DNA from: Phoronis australis | Taxonomy: Eukaryota > Animalia > Phoronida | Direction of reading: 5' to 3' | Assembly (NCBI GenBank): GCA_002633005.1 | Contig: NMRA01000089.1 | Coordinates: 372,001 to 436,000 of the forward strand | Length of the DNA: 64,000 nt | Shown here: positions 12,197 through 23,389 of the stretch, one piece after another | Layout: each line of letters opens with the position of its first letter | Position numbering within the stretch: the first letter of the stretch is position 1 | Translations under genes and position numbers: made by a program | The notes under the pieces: generated by a model | Database searches by the model: none | What the model was told of the DNA's origin: nothing | The model's input: only the letters and a program-made list of their open reading frames with translations

Positions 12197-15100
12197 TTAG
12201 GCTTGGAAAGCACTTGAGAAAAATAGTCCATGTTGACGACCCATACGAGCGATGTTACTGTTCATTGGAGCCTGGAATGTCTTCTCGTAAGTTCCTGGAC
12301 CCGGAACTTTCTGTAATGACATAAACAGTGCTGTTACATAAACGAGGTGATTGGGAGGTTTTTACTAGTAATAGTCGATTTAATGACCATGGTGCCACTT
12401 AGGTTGCTAAAAAATGTGGAGTTTTAACTAAGCCAGGCAAACTGGTCGTAAATACGTTTTGATTTGTGATAAACGGACTTACCGTGTGTGACGTTGAAAA
12501 TCTAGGAGTTTTTGACTTGAAACTTGATGAGACGACGTATTGTGTGGAGCCCGGAATGTACTCGTAATTTCCAGGTCCAGGGCCTATTTTCTGAAACAGT
12601 GAATGGGTCATGATAGATATTTGTCTCAGCCAGTTGGATCTTTTCGTAAAACTTGCGTGAAGGATCTCTTAGTCTTCTCAGGTTGGGAAAAACTCTTCAG
12701 AAAAAGATGAACAGTTCAATTTTCACTAATTAAGTCAAGACACGTTTCCCTGTATTAACATTGCCACAAGGTTAGACGTTATCACCATAAGCGCTTCTTT
12801 ATAACCAATGGCGCTACAAAACGTTGAACATCTCGGTAAGAAGCATATTGAACCCCAATAAAACAGCTTCTCTTAATTTCAAACATTCTCAGCTCCCGGC
12901 GAACTTACTGGTTTAAAATATTTTGTGGGAAATCTCGCTGATGTTGACTTGAACATGGAATGCTTCGACGGCTGTTTTGGAGTAGTGAGAGTAAGGTGCT
13001 TCTCAACTTCATAACTTGTTGGACATACGTTGATATCCTGAAATTAATTGTTTGGAACACGTGAAACTCAGAATATGTTAAACACACCCGAATTTCTATG
13101 AGTGATGACAGAAATACAAACATTTATGTAACTTTTAAGTCTCTGTCCATGCACGAGATTAAACTGAAGATGTTAAAATTTGAATGCGCCATTGGACATT
13201 TAAAACACAACTCGCCTTGTTGGCAGAAAGTACATAAGTTGCCTAATTGCACAAGCCGTATCCATCTTTGTGTGACTTTTGGTTGGTGTTGTTGCCCAAC
13301 GTGTAGTTGGAACAGATCGAGAAGGATGTTATCATATGTTAATGCCATTCAATAAGTCGAGTTATGAATTATGAATGGATGCAGTCAGGTCTCAACTTAG
13401 CTCGCACCTTATCTTTTTTGCCAAAATTTAAGAAGTCGTGGGCATCTCTCTCTGTTCTCTTAAATCCATAAGTGGTCTGTGATTTTTCGAGGCTGAAATA
13501 TAAATTAGACATTTGTACTACTTTCATGCCATGCATTCGCAACAAATCCGACGCATTCTACAACTGAAATACTCCTGGGTGCCCCATTTGCCAGACATTG
13601 TTTTAGCGGTGACTGGTAGCACAACAAGTGGGATCTAGAATCTGACTTGACACCTGTAAGAACATCACCTAAGCAATCTGTCTGGACATGGTACGCACTG
13701 GCTGTATGACAACTGCTACTAAATGAGAACATTGATAAATATATATTGATTGTTTACCTGTAAAGGAAATCTTGATGTTCATACGCTCCCGGAAGTAAGT
13801 AAGCACCTTTGTGGTAGGGACTAGGGTCAGTTTTCCGGCCGTCTGACTTAAAGCGGTACGAATGTGGTCTTTTAGACAAACTTGTGATGAAATCTCTGTA
13901 ATCGTAGGAACCAGGTACTGGAGTTTCCTGAAAGCAAATAAAATCGATTAAACTTATCATGTCTGTTAACATTTTTTCAATTTCTCAAGGGTTTAGGGAA
14001 TGGACATGTCACTTTAATTTTACATGTACACAGAAAATCACATTGAATTCATGGTTTATTGCGTTTTTATACCGAATACATGTAATCCAGATAACATATC
14101 CCGATTTTTGACATTCGGTAGGCGTACATGTTTTGTTGAAATTATAATTGAAAGTAATTGAGTAATCCCCTAGTGGATCATGCATGTTACACCCTTTCAC
14201 AGTGCTACCTCGATAAGTAGTTCATCGTGTTTCCACAGGGACACTTTTCAGTAGAGGTGGCGCGGCGCCAGAGGGTAGATCATGGTCCGAATAGGCTACG
14301 TAAACTGCATCCGTTGCATAGAAAACATGACCCTCGGCTTGTGACCTCCGTCGTACGAATTCTCCCAACTCCCAAGCACTTGATATGTACACATGATATC
14401 GTTACTTGCACCACAGAATTGAAGCAAATGAAATTCGAAAAATTGAAAACAAGTTGTGGTAATGACCCCTTCCCTAACCTGGAGTGGGGTATTTACCTGT
14501 GTCGATTCAGCGGGCACATTCCTTTTGTTGAACAGCGCCGGCTGGACGTTGCAACTTCATAACTTAAATGCGTGAGCATGTTCAATTCACTCTGCTGTAA
14601 TACCTTAATTTAAATGCATGCATGTGCTTAGAACGTCAAGCGATAAATCCTACCTTAATAGTTGCTCTCCACCAACTCTCTCGTCCTGAAACTTTGTCTT
14701 CATAATTTTCTGATAGGCCAGGTCGCATCTGCAGAATAATGGATTTATTACAGTATAATTATTACAGCATAATAATGAATTGATTACAGTATAATTCTCC
14801 ATATTTTGTAATAGGCCTGGATGAAATTGTTTAATGACAAATTTTATTATAGTATATTTTCCCATGTTCTCGCCTCTTCAAGACGTTATTCTAAGAAAAT
14901 AATACATTTCAGTTTTGCATGATGCCTGATTGCCGATTCAGTTGACGATAACGCTCGACTGCACGGATTCAAAAAAAAATGCTTACACGAGTTTGTTTTA
15001 CAAATCAAATAAAATTGTCGATGCCATTTTGTTCGGCAGAGTACTTGATTGAATGGCAAAACCACAGTACATATGCCGTATTGATTTGCAATAAATTAGC

Positions 15101-16567
15101 TTACTTGACCGCTTTTCATATATCGATGTTTGCCGAATTGTGTTATTAGGTCAAGGAAAGGTTATTGTCGACGCATCCTTAGCTTCTGATCGTCCCCAAT
15201 ACAGTATTGGTGTTAGTGAATTGATGACGATCAGAAGCTGTAAGAACGCTTTTGGAGAATATAGTTGCTAATGCCATTTGATTGATACGAAGCGTCGCAA
15301 CGTTTGAATCCAAATTCAGCTGTGGTGGGCAAAGACTCGTGAAGTTTTTGTCCAGTTCTAATTAGCATTATGCAGAAATACAGACATGACCAGTTGTGTG
15401 AGCATGCGTACACGAAGTCACGTGACGTTATCTGAAACACTGATCTTAAGAAAAATGTCATAAATGTTACTTCTGAACAAAAAGATATTTAATGGGCCGG
15501 CAAGTAAAAAATGACGATTCGTTTTACCACCAAGTACTGAAGCCACCACACGCACTGACCTCAAAGGCCGACATACAATCCATATTCAAAGAAGTTTTTG
15601 TTGAGGTATTTAGAATAGGATTAGTGCGCTTAAGGCGCACTTTTATTCTTGAACAGTTATACCTTACATATGTCCATGTCGTAAGTTGAACTGGGTGATT
15701 CGTGTTTATGCCCATTCAATACTTAGTCTACTACTGAAACGGCCATGGATCAAAGTCAGGTTTCACTAGTCCTTAGTACAGATTTGGCTCTCGGTTTTCA
15801 TGACTCAAGTGCAGTCTCATGAGCCCGCTAATTCAGGATACTATAGGTGCAGCTTCACATACATATAGGCGCACGGGCCGACTAAAATACCAACGATCAG
15901 ACCGAGACAGGCGGGTGTTGGTCACGGTGCATATATTGGCATTAGCGAATCATAATTAATATTATAATTTACATTGTCAATTCTATTAGCCACCGTTTCA
16001 AGTACACAAAAGTGAGATGTCTACAGAGTTCATATATTCCCCCGCCGCCGCCCGAGTCACGGTCTGTAAGTGTGGACGTCTCATCCAGATGCCAGTGTGG
16101 AGGTTTCTGGGAGACACACACCTGGCCTTGCGGCAGGAGTTTCACAATAATTTGTTAATTTTAAATTACGTGAAGTCCCGCAAGTAGTTTTGAACGCAGA
16201 TACTTTCAAGCGATCATTGGTATCGCACCTGCCTTGCGAGGCAGGCCTCGCCCACCGCCGTCGTGGCATAAGGGGCTCGCCTGCTCAAAACTCCGGGCAG
16301 CGACTCATAGTTTTATGAGTTTATCACAGTAATACTCGGCTGAGAGGTTTTTAAGACTACAGATTAGTGACTTACTTGCACTGGACTTCCTTTATCTCTC
16401 ACGAATATGCTAACCCTGTCCTCGGCCATAGCCTTTTTCCGTTTCGGTTTAGCGAATAACGCGACTGTTTTCGATTTTGGCCTGGACACAAGAGTGGCTT
16501 TTTGGGAGGCTGTTGGTGTCCTCTTTTCCGAAAGTTCGGGAGTCACTTGAGTCGTTTGTGGTGCCAT
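12197..16567 (-). CDS. STPG4: Sperm-tail PG-rich repeat protein 4 (STPG4/C2orf61/GSE) ortholog, ~290 aa
   Basis: Minus-strand exons 16567-16376, 14728-14654, 13927-13758, 13492-13408, 13037-12909, 12590-12483, 12310-12197 (TAA) join in frame (873 nt). Motifs GRESWWR, ETPVPGSY, FKSTSARFPT, GPGPGNY and VPGPGTY...IARMGRQHGLFF match human STPG4 as I recall it (EREGWWR, DTPIPGTY, IAKMGQEHSLFF). The first exon is inferred from ATG, a gtaagt donor and phase only. Confidence 0.88.
16044..16320 (-). ncRNA. Candidate structured RNA element of unknown family in STPG4 intron 1
   Basis: GC-rich island with an 11-bp terminal helix (16044-16054 / 16294-16304, two G-U pairs only on the minus strand) enclosing several nested helices; folded by eye only. 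Confidence 0.3.
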
Positions 16568-17039
16568 ATCTTGAGATTACTTGGGCTTATCGCGAATCCG
16601 TAAACACTTCGTTTCCAGACAGCATCACACGTTGTGAGCTAATGTAAACTCCGACTATCACCTATTCATTGCGTCCTTGACGACAACCTATTCAAATATA
16701 TTGAAGTTCAACAAAAGCAACCAACACACATTGAGCGCCATCTGGAGACTACGAGTGTAGAGCTCAGTGACGTCTTCATGCACAGAAAAAAATCTTTTTG
16801 CGATAAACAAAATTAGCAAAAAGTTATGCCTTCGTATTTGTGGGATTTTAAACAACAGAGTTCAAGCTAACCAGGACATCGTTGCTTAGTAAAATCAGGA
16901 ATAGCGAAAAAAAGTGCTTCAGGCCAGTCACCATCCGATAGGGCTTTTGACACGCGCCATTTCAAAAGCAATGAAAGGGCCTCTTCCTGAGGGTTCTGCC
17001 TCACTAGTAACCTGAGGGAGAATCTGCAAGGTGGCCGAG

Positions 17040-17145
17040 GGGAGAAAAACGCGAAAAGGGGAGAAAAGGGGAAAAGGGGAAAATAGGTGGAAAAAGAAAA
17101 GAAAACGCCCGAGAAAGAAACAAACAAGACAACGAAGGGAAAAAT
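17040..17145. repeat. Purine-rich low-complexity tract (GGGGAAAA-like units)
   Basis: Directly visible gaaaaggggagaaaaggggaaaaggggaaaa... Confidence 0.7.
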
Positions 17146-17559
17146 ACATTACAAAAATGCTTCTTTATTGTAGAAAATTATATTAATCTAAATATGCATT
17201 GACTTCGATCCTTTCACTACACAATGAATTTGGGCACACTGAATGACTAACCGCTGACTAGAATTGATCCAATCATTTTTATTGTACAGCATCGCATACA
17301 TATACATAACATATTTAAAGGGTTACCCCTTCTGTTTTCAACACTGTGTTGCTTTATAAATATACAAGAACAGACATTTAAAACATCCTGGGTTTTTGAT
17401 TGGAAGATAATACTAACATTTTCTTCAGCCAAGCTGTGGGCGAGTAGGGTGACAGTACCTCACCCAGTACGTAATTTCCGTTACTTGAAAACTCTCAATA
17501 CAGGGCAATGACAAATAAAGTCTATCTCATTGTCAACACTGCCTAGGTTAGGTACATAC

Positions 17560-19352
17560 AACGCAATTTTTTTCATTCTTGAAAACACCGTGGTGCTACT
17601 TATCTCTATGTTTAGTTTATGAACCGAGCCAGCTGAACTGAGTGAGACAACTTCATATATGTAAACTCGAATAGGTATTCTTCGCACAGCATCTCTCGTT
17701 GAATTATTGTATAAATCGATGCGTGTTCAACATTTTTATCCAATGTACAACCAGTATTCATATAGTTTATAAACACCATTTGTCTGCCACATTCGCCCAT
17801 CTTTCAAAGGCATTTGAACTTTTTTAACTAATCTCAGAACATTTTTACAAAAGTCATTGTGAACATCTTCAATATCCATACAAACAGAGATACCCCATAT
17901 TTCGGCTCCATATGTTGATATTGCCAATATTATGGGACATGGTATCAAATATATTAAAGTATTGCTGGGGACCTTTTTCTGGTTAGACTAGCTTTTGTTA
18001 TGTTGAGACGTTTCCTTGCTTGGGTTGCTAGTATTTAGAACACTTGCTCCACTTGAGAATACAGCACCTAGGTATTTAATTTGCATGTTGAAATATCATT
18101 TTTCTTCTCTGGATACTACACGCCCACAACGATGTGGGTTTTCGAACCTCTTCGCCAAATATTTTTCAAGTCTGGTGCGCACGCCACCTGTTGGACATAT
18201 TATGTGACCTAATGCTAGTTTTATCCAAAAAACTGCAAGACTGCAGTTGTTACAAAGTTCCTCAAGTATATTAAACTCTTTCTGGAGCACAATTATCTTG
18301 TCTAATACAATCTGTAAATCATCTGCAAGAAGCAGAGAACTAATTTCACAATCCGGGGAAACATTAACCTCTACCTCCAATTTCTCCTAGATCCACCACC
18401 AAACCACTAACGAACAAATAGCAGCGGGCTGCGGACACACCCGTGTCTGACACCTGTTTTACACGTGACGTAAGGAGTGACGTCTGTTTGTAATTTAACA
18501 CATGACTTCACCTCCTTATAAATGTTACGGAGTATGGAAGCATTTTCCAGTGGATAGGAGTTGTCAGAAGTACACGAAATACACACGCGTCGACACTGTC
18601 AAATGCTTTACTGAATCAGCGTAGGCACACTACACCTTCCTATTTTACAGACTACATTAAACTGGGTTATTTAAGCTGTTTGAAGCCATGTTGATTGTTG
18701 TTCAGCACATCGTCTATGCATTCATCACGTTGTGCATAGCGATTAGTAAATTTGTGCCGGAATGTGCTCAAAAAAGCTTGGCATCGTAGAAATATCCCCG
18801 CTAGTTTGCTTCTCCAAGACCAATTTTGATGATGAGGTTCTGTATATGGCAACAGTTTCAGTGCAATATGATCAAAAATACACCGCATAGAATCTTTTTA
18901 CTGTAACACTGTAACAAGCTTCCACCGTAACTGGCATTTCGTTTTTCGGATTTCGAAACGGTACTGAACTATGGTAGGCGTGGCGTTTGTTGGAACTATC
19001 CATCTCCAGAATACTCGGATGAACACGTCACATAGGTGTTTTGCGGAGTGAGATGATAGAATTATGCAAGCGGAGTAAAGAAGAGGTCATGCAGGCATTG
19101 ACGATAAAAAAGAAACACCGTCTGAGTGCCTTTAGAACAACAGTAGCAAAGTTCACAGAAAAACGTGTGTCTCAGACCAGCCCTGCCGCCGCAAATATTC
19201 CCTGCCCGCAAATGTTTAGTTAGCAGCTCACGTACAAACTCGTTGATCGAGCTCCACTGCTCGACTATTTTCAGAATAACCTTACGAGGTTGCTGTTTCA
19301 TTTTTTCAATAAGTTATTTTGAATCCGTAAAACTAAACAAATTTTTCTCACT
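17560..19352 (-). mobile_element. Decayed non-LTR retrotransposon (L2/Crack/Daphne-like), reverse transcriptase portion
   Basis: Frameshifted minus-strand motifs in RT order: QHGF (~18690), AYAD..KAFDSVD (~18600), TGVRHGCVRSPLLF (~18440), LLLADDL (~18330), KYLG (~18075), YGAEIWG...HNDFCKNVL (~17900). Boundaries approximate. Confidence 0.85.
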
Positions 19353-21469
19353 CGGGTAAATCACAATAAAGGTCCATATTCAAGAATTGACTGTATTACG
19401 GGCTCAAATAAAAATTTCTGGTCATTTACCAAATGCCAACTGGATCTCTTACGCAAGGGTTATTTAGTTGTGCAAAATAAAAAAAGAATTATCAAAATCA
19501 GATCGTGTTTGAGAAATTTATGCATTTTTGTCTCCGAATTTCATGCATTTTTAGCGTTACGTGTGGCCATTTTAAAAATTCTAATTTTCAAGTGTCAACA
19601 GTAGAAAAGAAGTTTATTTTTTTAAGTAAGCAATTGTTTTAATATGACTAGAAATAACTCTTGGTCACTTACAGAATTACTTAAATGAAGCTGTATTTAA
19701 TCGTTTTGAAATGCTAGGGTTCATCCTAAAACAGGAGCTTGTTACGAAATTTGTAATTTTTATGTTTTAACTCCCGTCTACTGTAAAGAAGGTTAAAAAG
19801 TATAGTTCACACTCTACAATAAAAAAGCTGCAGAATATGTTAGCCTAGGAAACACAGCAAATATTCAATATCTAAACAAACCAAAAGTGTGTATATTAAC
19901 TGGGTTCTGCTATGTTGAAAAAGGGCCAAAAAGGCCAACAACATGTAGTGTACGTACCCCGAAGTGAAATTCAATTTCAAAAATGGTGATTGCAAATGAT
20001 ATTAGTGCCTTTTAAATAACAACATGGTGCTTTGTATGAACAAAGAAAAATAAATGGTCATACGACCTAATGTTACAATGTTATGCAGAACCAGTGATGT
20101 AGTATACGTACCCCTTTTGTAGTGTATGTGCCCCCTTTTGTAGTGTACGTACCCCCTATTGTAGTGTACGTACCCCAATCTTAACAAATGCCATGAAACT
20201 AAAAACATGGTAAGTGAGCAACGTTGGTCATAGACAATTTCCTCCCTTAAAAATGTTAGGTTAAAAGGGTGTTTATTACGAATACTTTTGTTTTGAGTGA
20301 AATATTAGCATTTGTGTAGTGTACGTACTTTACCCGCATATTTAACATGTGCCTATTTTCATTTCAAAGAATGACAGATAAGCACATGAATTCTGTACTT
20401 TTTATTTGTTATCTCTAAATGCATTCGGTAAATGAACAAACTCTCAGTAGATTCTAAGTATTTAGTTGTAAACCCGACATGTCATTGAAATGTAGTGTAC
20501 GTACCACTGAGTAGTGTACGTACCCCTGTGTAGTGTACGTACCCCTGTGTAGTGTACGTACCCCTGTACGTGTGATGTACGAACCCTAAACCTCTGTGCA
20601 ATAAAATAGTACATACTGCTGTTCTCATGAACAACACTGGTATGTCCTAAATGCATCCAGTCTGACAAAAAAACAATGGACGTTATCAAATTTGTGGGCT
20701 ACAGAATGTCACACAGGACTTGGCCAGTAACATCGTAGAAGACACGTCGTGTGACAAATGATGTTGCAGAGGCAGGTTCTCCATCTCTCAAAACAACTTG
20801 AAGCAAACCAACAAGTAGTGGCAGCACAAAACTTGAGACCATCCGAGACATTTGTAACTTAGTAAAATTCGATTTTAATTGAATGTACGTAATTACGTAG
20901 TGTACATACCCCCGACCAGTACCATTTGTTTACTATTTACAAGTTGAACACTAAACCTAGCATTGCTTCAACTATTTTGACCAATTGGTTAATGTGTTGA
21001 AAACTATAGGCAAATAGCACCAATAAAGTTTTTGAGAAAGTAGTTACTCATAGTTTTCCTTTTGTAAGAATCATATTGCAAGAGAAAAAGTTTCATTAAA
21101 CTGCGTTAGAATATCTAATGCATCATCATCTAGAACAACTTGACCAGCACCATAATCATTTATCTTACTTTAGTATGTCATACGTCTTCAATTTAATAAA
21201 GAAATTAATAAATTAATTGCTACCTTATGATTTTTTTTCGCCTGACAGAAGTGGGTTGTGTCAACATGTTGTAGTGTACGTACCGTTTTATACAACTGTG
21301 ATGCATTAGGCCACAAAATTTTATTCGGTAGTTCTTGTGCAAAAATATTTTAGATTACAAACCTGGAATGATGGTATTTTAAATTAACCCAGCTTTTACA
21401 CTTATATGACAACCTTCATTTTTCACTAGAAGTGTCCACCGAATATGGACGTTGATTGTGATTTACCCG
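19353..21469. mobile_element. Non-autonomous TIR DNA transposon (2.1 kb) with an internally repeated 16-bp motif
   Basis: 29-bp TIRs CGGGTAAATCACAATAAAGGTCCATATTC (19353-19381) and inverse 21441-21469, 2 mismatches. Flanked by ACT on both sides (19350-19352, 21470-21472). About 12 same-orientation copies of GTAGTGTACGTACCCC inside; no long ORF. Confidence 0.8.
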
Positions 21470-21472
21470 ACT

Positions 21473-21850
21473 ACATGCGTACGGTCGGGATCCACGAATA
21501 ACTGAAGAACCGTATCGTGTTAAAATCAATGTTACCCAGTTTATCAAATTTTCATTGAAAAATCTTATCTAAGTGCGGTAAGTGCCTTAACCATAGGTTC
21601 ACTTCTCTGACGGTTACTCCACCGCAAAGTCGTTTCTTATCATTTAAAATTTGACTGCATAGGGATTCAAATATGTCAATATCTTGTACACTCAAGTTCA
21701 CGTTGTGATATCGACAAAATAAAACTGCCTGGCATCATTGATGATCCTTGGTAACTTGGTGCTATATATTACGCTGAATAGATATAAGTTGACAGCTGCA
21801 AATAAAACGGTTATCTGCCTCATTTCGAAGTCCTCAAAGTCAACGAACAT
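21473..21850 (-). mobile_element. Probable endonuclease-domain remnant of the same LINE, upstream of the TIR insertion
   Basis: Very degenerate minus-strand motifs YLFSV-YIAP (~21775), N-YG-KAL (~21590) and YGSSVI (~21505) in APE-domain order. Confidence 0.45.
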
Positions 21851-22269
21851 GCACAGCAGTGCAATCAGCCGATAAGTAGGCCTAGGAATGGCCGTGTTGA
21901 AGAAATGTAGAATTTATCGATATCTGTAGTAGTTTAGTTTGTCATAATATATATGACCTTTTATGTCACCTACACGTATTGTTTCATTGTGAACTAGCTT
22001 CGGTATCGCTTCGCCATTTAGCGCATATAAATGTAGTTCATGGTTGGGATTGCAAAAACATTGCCACTGGTGCCCGACAGAACTGGGTGTGCGACCAAGA
22101 GTCGACTTGGCTAAGACGGGCGAAGTCCATTACAAAACCTTCTAGTTAGGTTTTAACTCTAGACGGCAGCAGTTTCTATATCGAGGCTAAATCCAGATAC
22201 ATGTTGCTCTTTCGGCCAGGCCTACTATATCTTTGCACGGTTCTTGTTATTGTCCAGAAAAATAAAGTA

Positions 22270-22313
22270 ACACACACGCGCGCGCACACGCACACACGCA
22301 CACACACACACAC
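22270..22313. repeat. (AC)n/(GC)n compound microsatellite
   Basis: Directly visible. Confidence 0.9.
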
Positions 22314-22707
22314 GAAGGTGGGAGCTGAAAACGTAATCACAGTCGAACTGATTACTGATCATAGAGCCTCATTGTTACTGACGATAATTATGGTCGTAAG
22401 TCACAAGTACTCAGCACTGCTAAATGCACGAACTATACCACCAAACCCCTAGTAACATATTTTAGCATCTGCGGCTGTGTCTACTAAACCCCTTAAAAGA
22501 TCACAATTTTGCAAGTGTTCTCCCATTAACTTGACTTCAGATGGACGAATTCGACTATCGTTGTGCCTTTTAATGAGAATTTTTTTCGTCAACCTCTGTA
22601 TCTTTGGAATTCCTTGACGTCTTTTAAATGAAATTTGTCAAGTAGTTTTGCATTAGAGTCGACGCCTTCCCAATTTCGGAGGGGTTCGACGTATTTTGCA
22701 CCATGTA

Positions 22708-23016
22708 CAGGGGCGGATCCAGGATTTTGAGTTGGGGGGGCAGGGCACGGGAATAACCAGAATTTGGAGAAAATGCGCGCGCCCAGCCTAAAATGTGGGG
22801 ACGCAGAGGTCTCGAATGTTTGGGGTTGCGGACCTGTTGACTAAAAAAATGACTAAAAAAACGGTAAACGGGGTTTGTTCAGTTTGCTCAGGGGCTATGC
22901 ATTGTTTTTTCACCCCCGTCGAGCCCCTGCTTGCGCGCACGCGAACTCCCAAATGGTATCTGGTAGAATTTTAAGGGGGCCATGGCCCCCTTGGCCCCCC
23001 CCTAAATCTGCCACTG
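22708..23016. mobile_element. hAT-like MITE (309 bp)
   Basis: Termini CAGGGGCGGATCCAGG ... CCTAAATCTGCCACTG (imperfect TIR), subterminal GGGGGCCATGGCCCCC palindrome, ATGTA on both flanks. Confidence 0.75.
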
Positions 23017-23389
23017 ATGTAATGGCTATTTCAACGCTCCGCGTTGCTCTTGTTATACAGTCTGTGGAGAGAGAGTGTGTGGTCTTAAACCATAGACTTA
23101 GTTCTATGGTTAAACTAACGAGGAACGGCACTAATTGGATGACAGCACCAAACTTTAAAATATTGTCCAATGATTCTGCCTGGTATAAATCCTAATACTT
23201 TAATATTGCGCCAGATCGAGTAATTCGCCATGTTCAAAACTTTTCCAAGGATTCAGTCTTTGACCATTCGGTGATGTATGCAAACCTCTGCCATGTCATT
23301 CTTGTACCGCCATGATGGGTTTACTATCAACAGCTAAAATTTGTATTCATCAGTTGACTAATAACTAACTAATACAAACATGAGAATTA

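Noticed and set aside
16160-16325. Resemblance to U12 snRNA (aaactatgagt, gttttgagc, ctacttgcggga) and RNase MRP (gaagtccc / ggggctc)
   Set aside because: Spacing is wrong, the U12 branch-site-pairing GTAAGGA and CCCGC stem are absent, and MRP/P conserved regions are incomplete.
16410-16418. CTAACCCTG as a telomerase RNA template (also CCCTAACC near 14472)
   Set aside because: No downstream pseudoknot/triple helix or correctly ordered CR4/5 and H/ACA elements; the first lies antisense within a probable coding exon.
19945-20590. Repeated GTAGTGTACGTACCCC as a CRISPR-like array
   Set aside because: Repeats are 16 bp with 3-5 bp or highly irregular gaps, lie inside a TIR element in a spliceosomal-intron genome, and have no cas genes.
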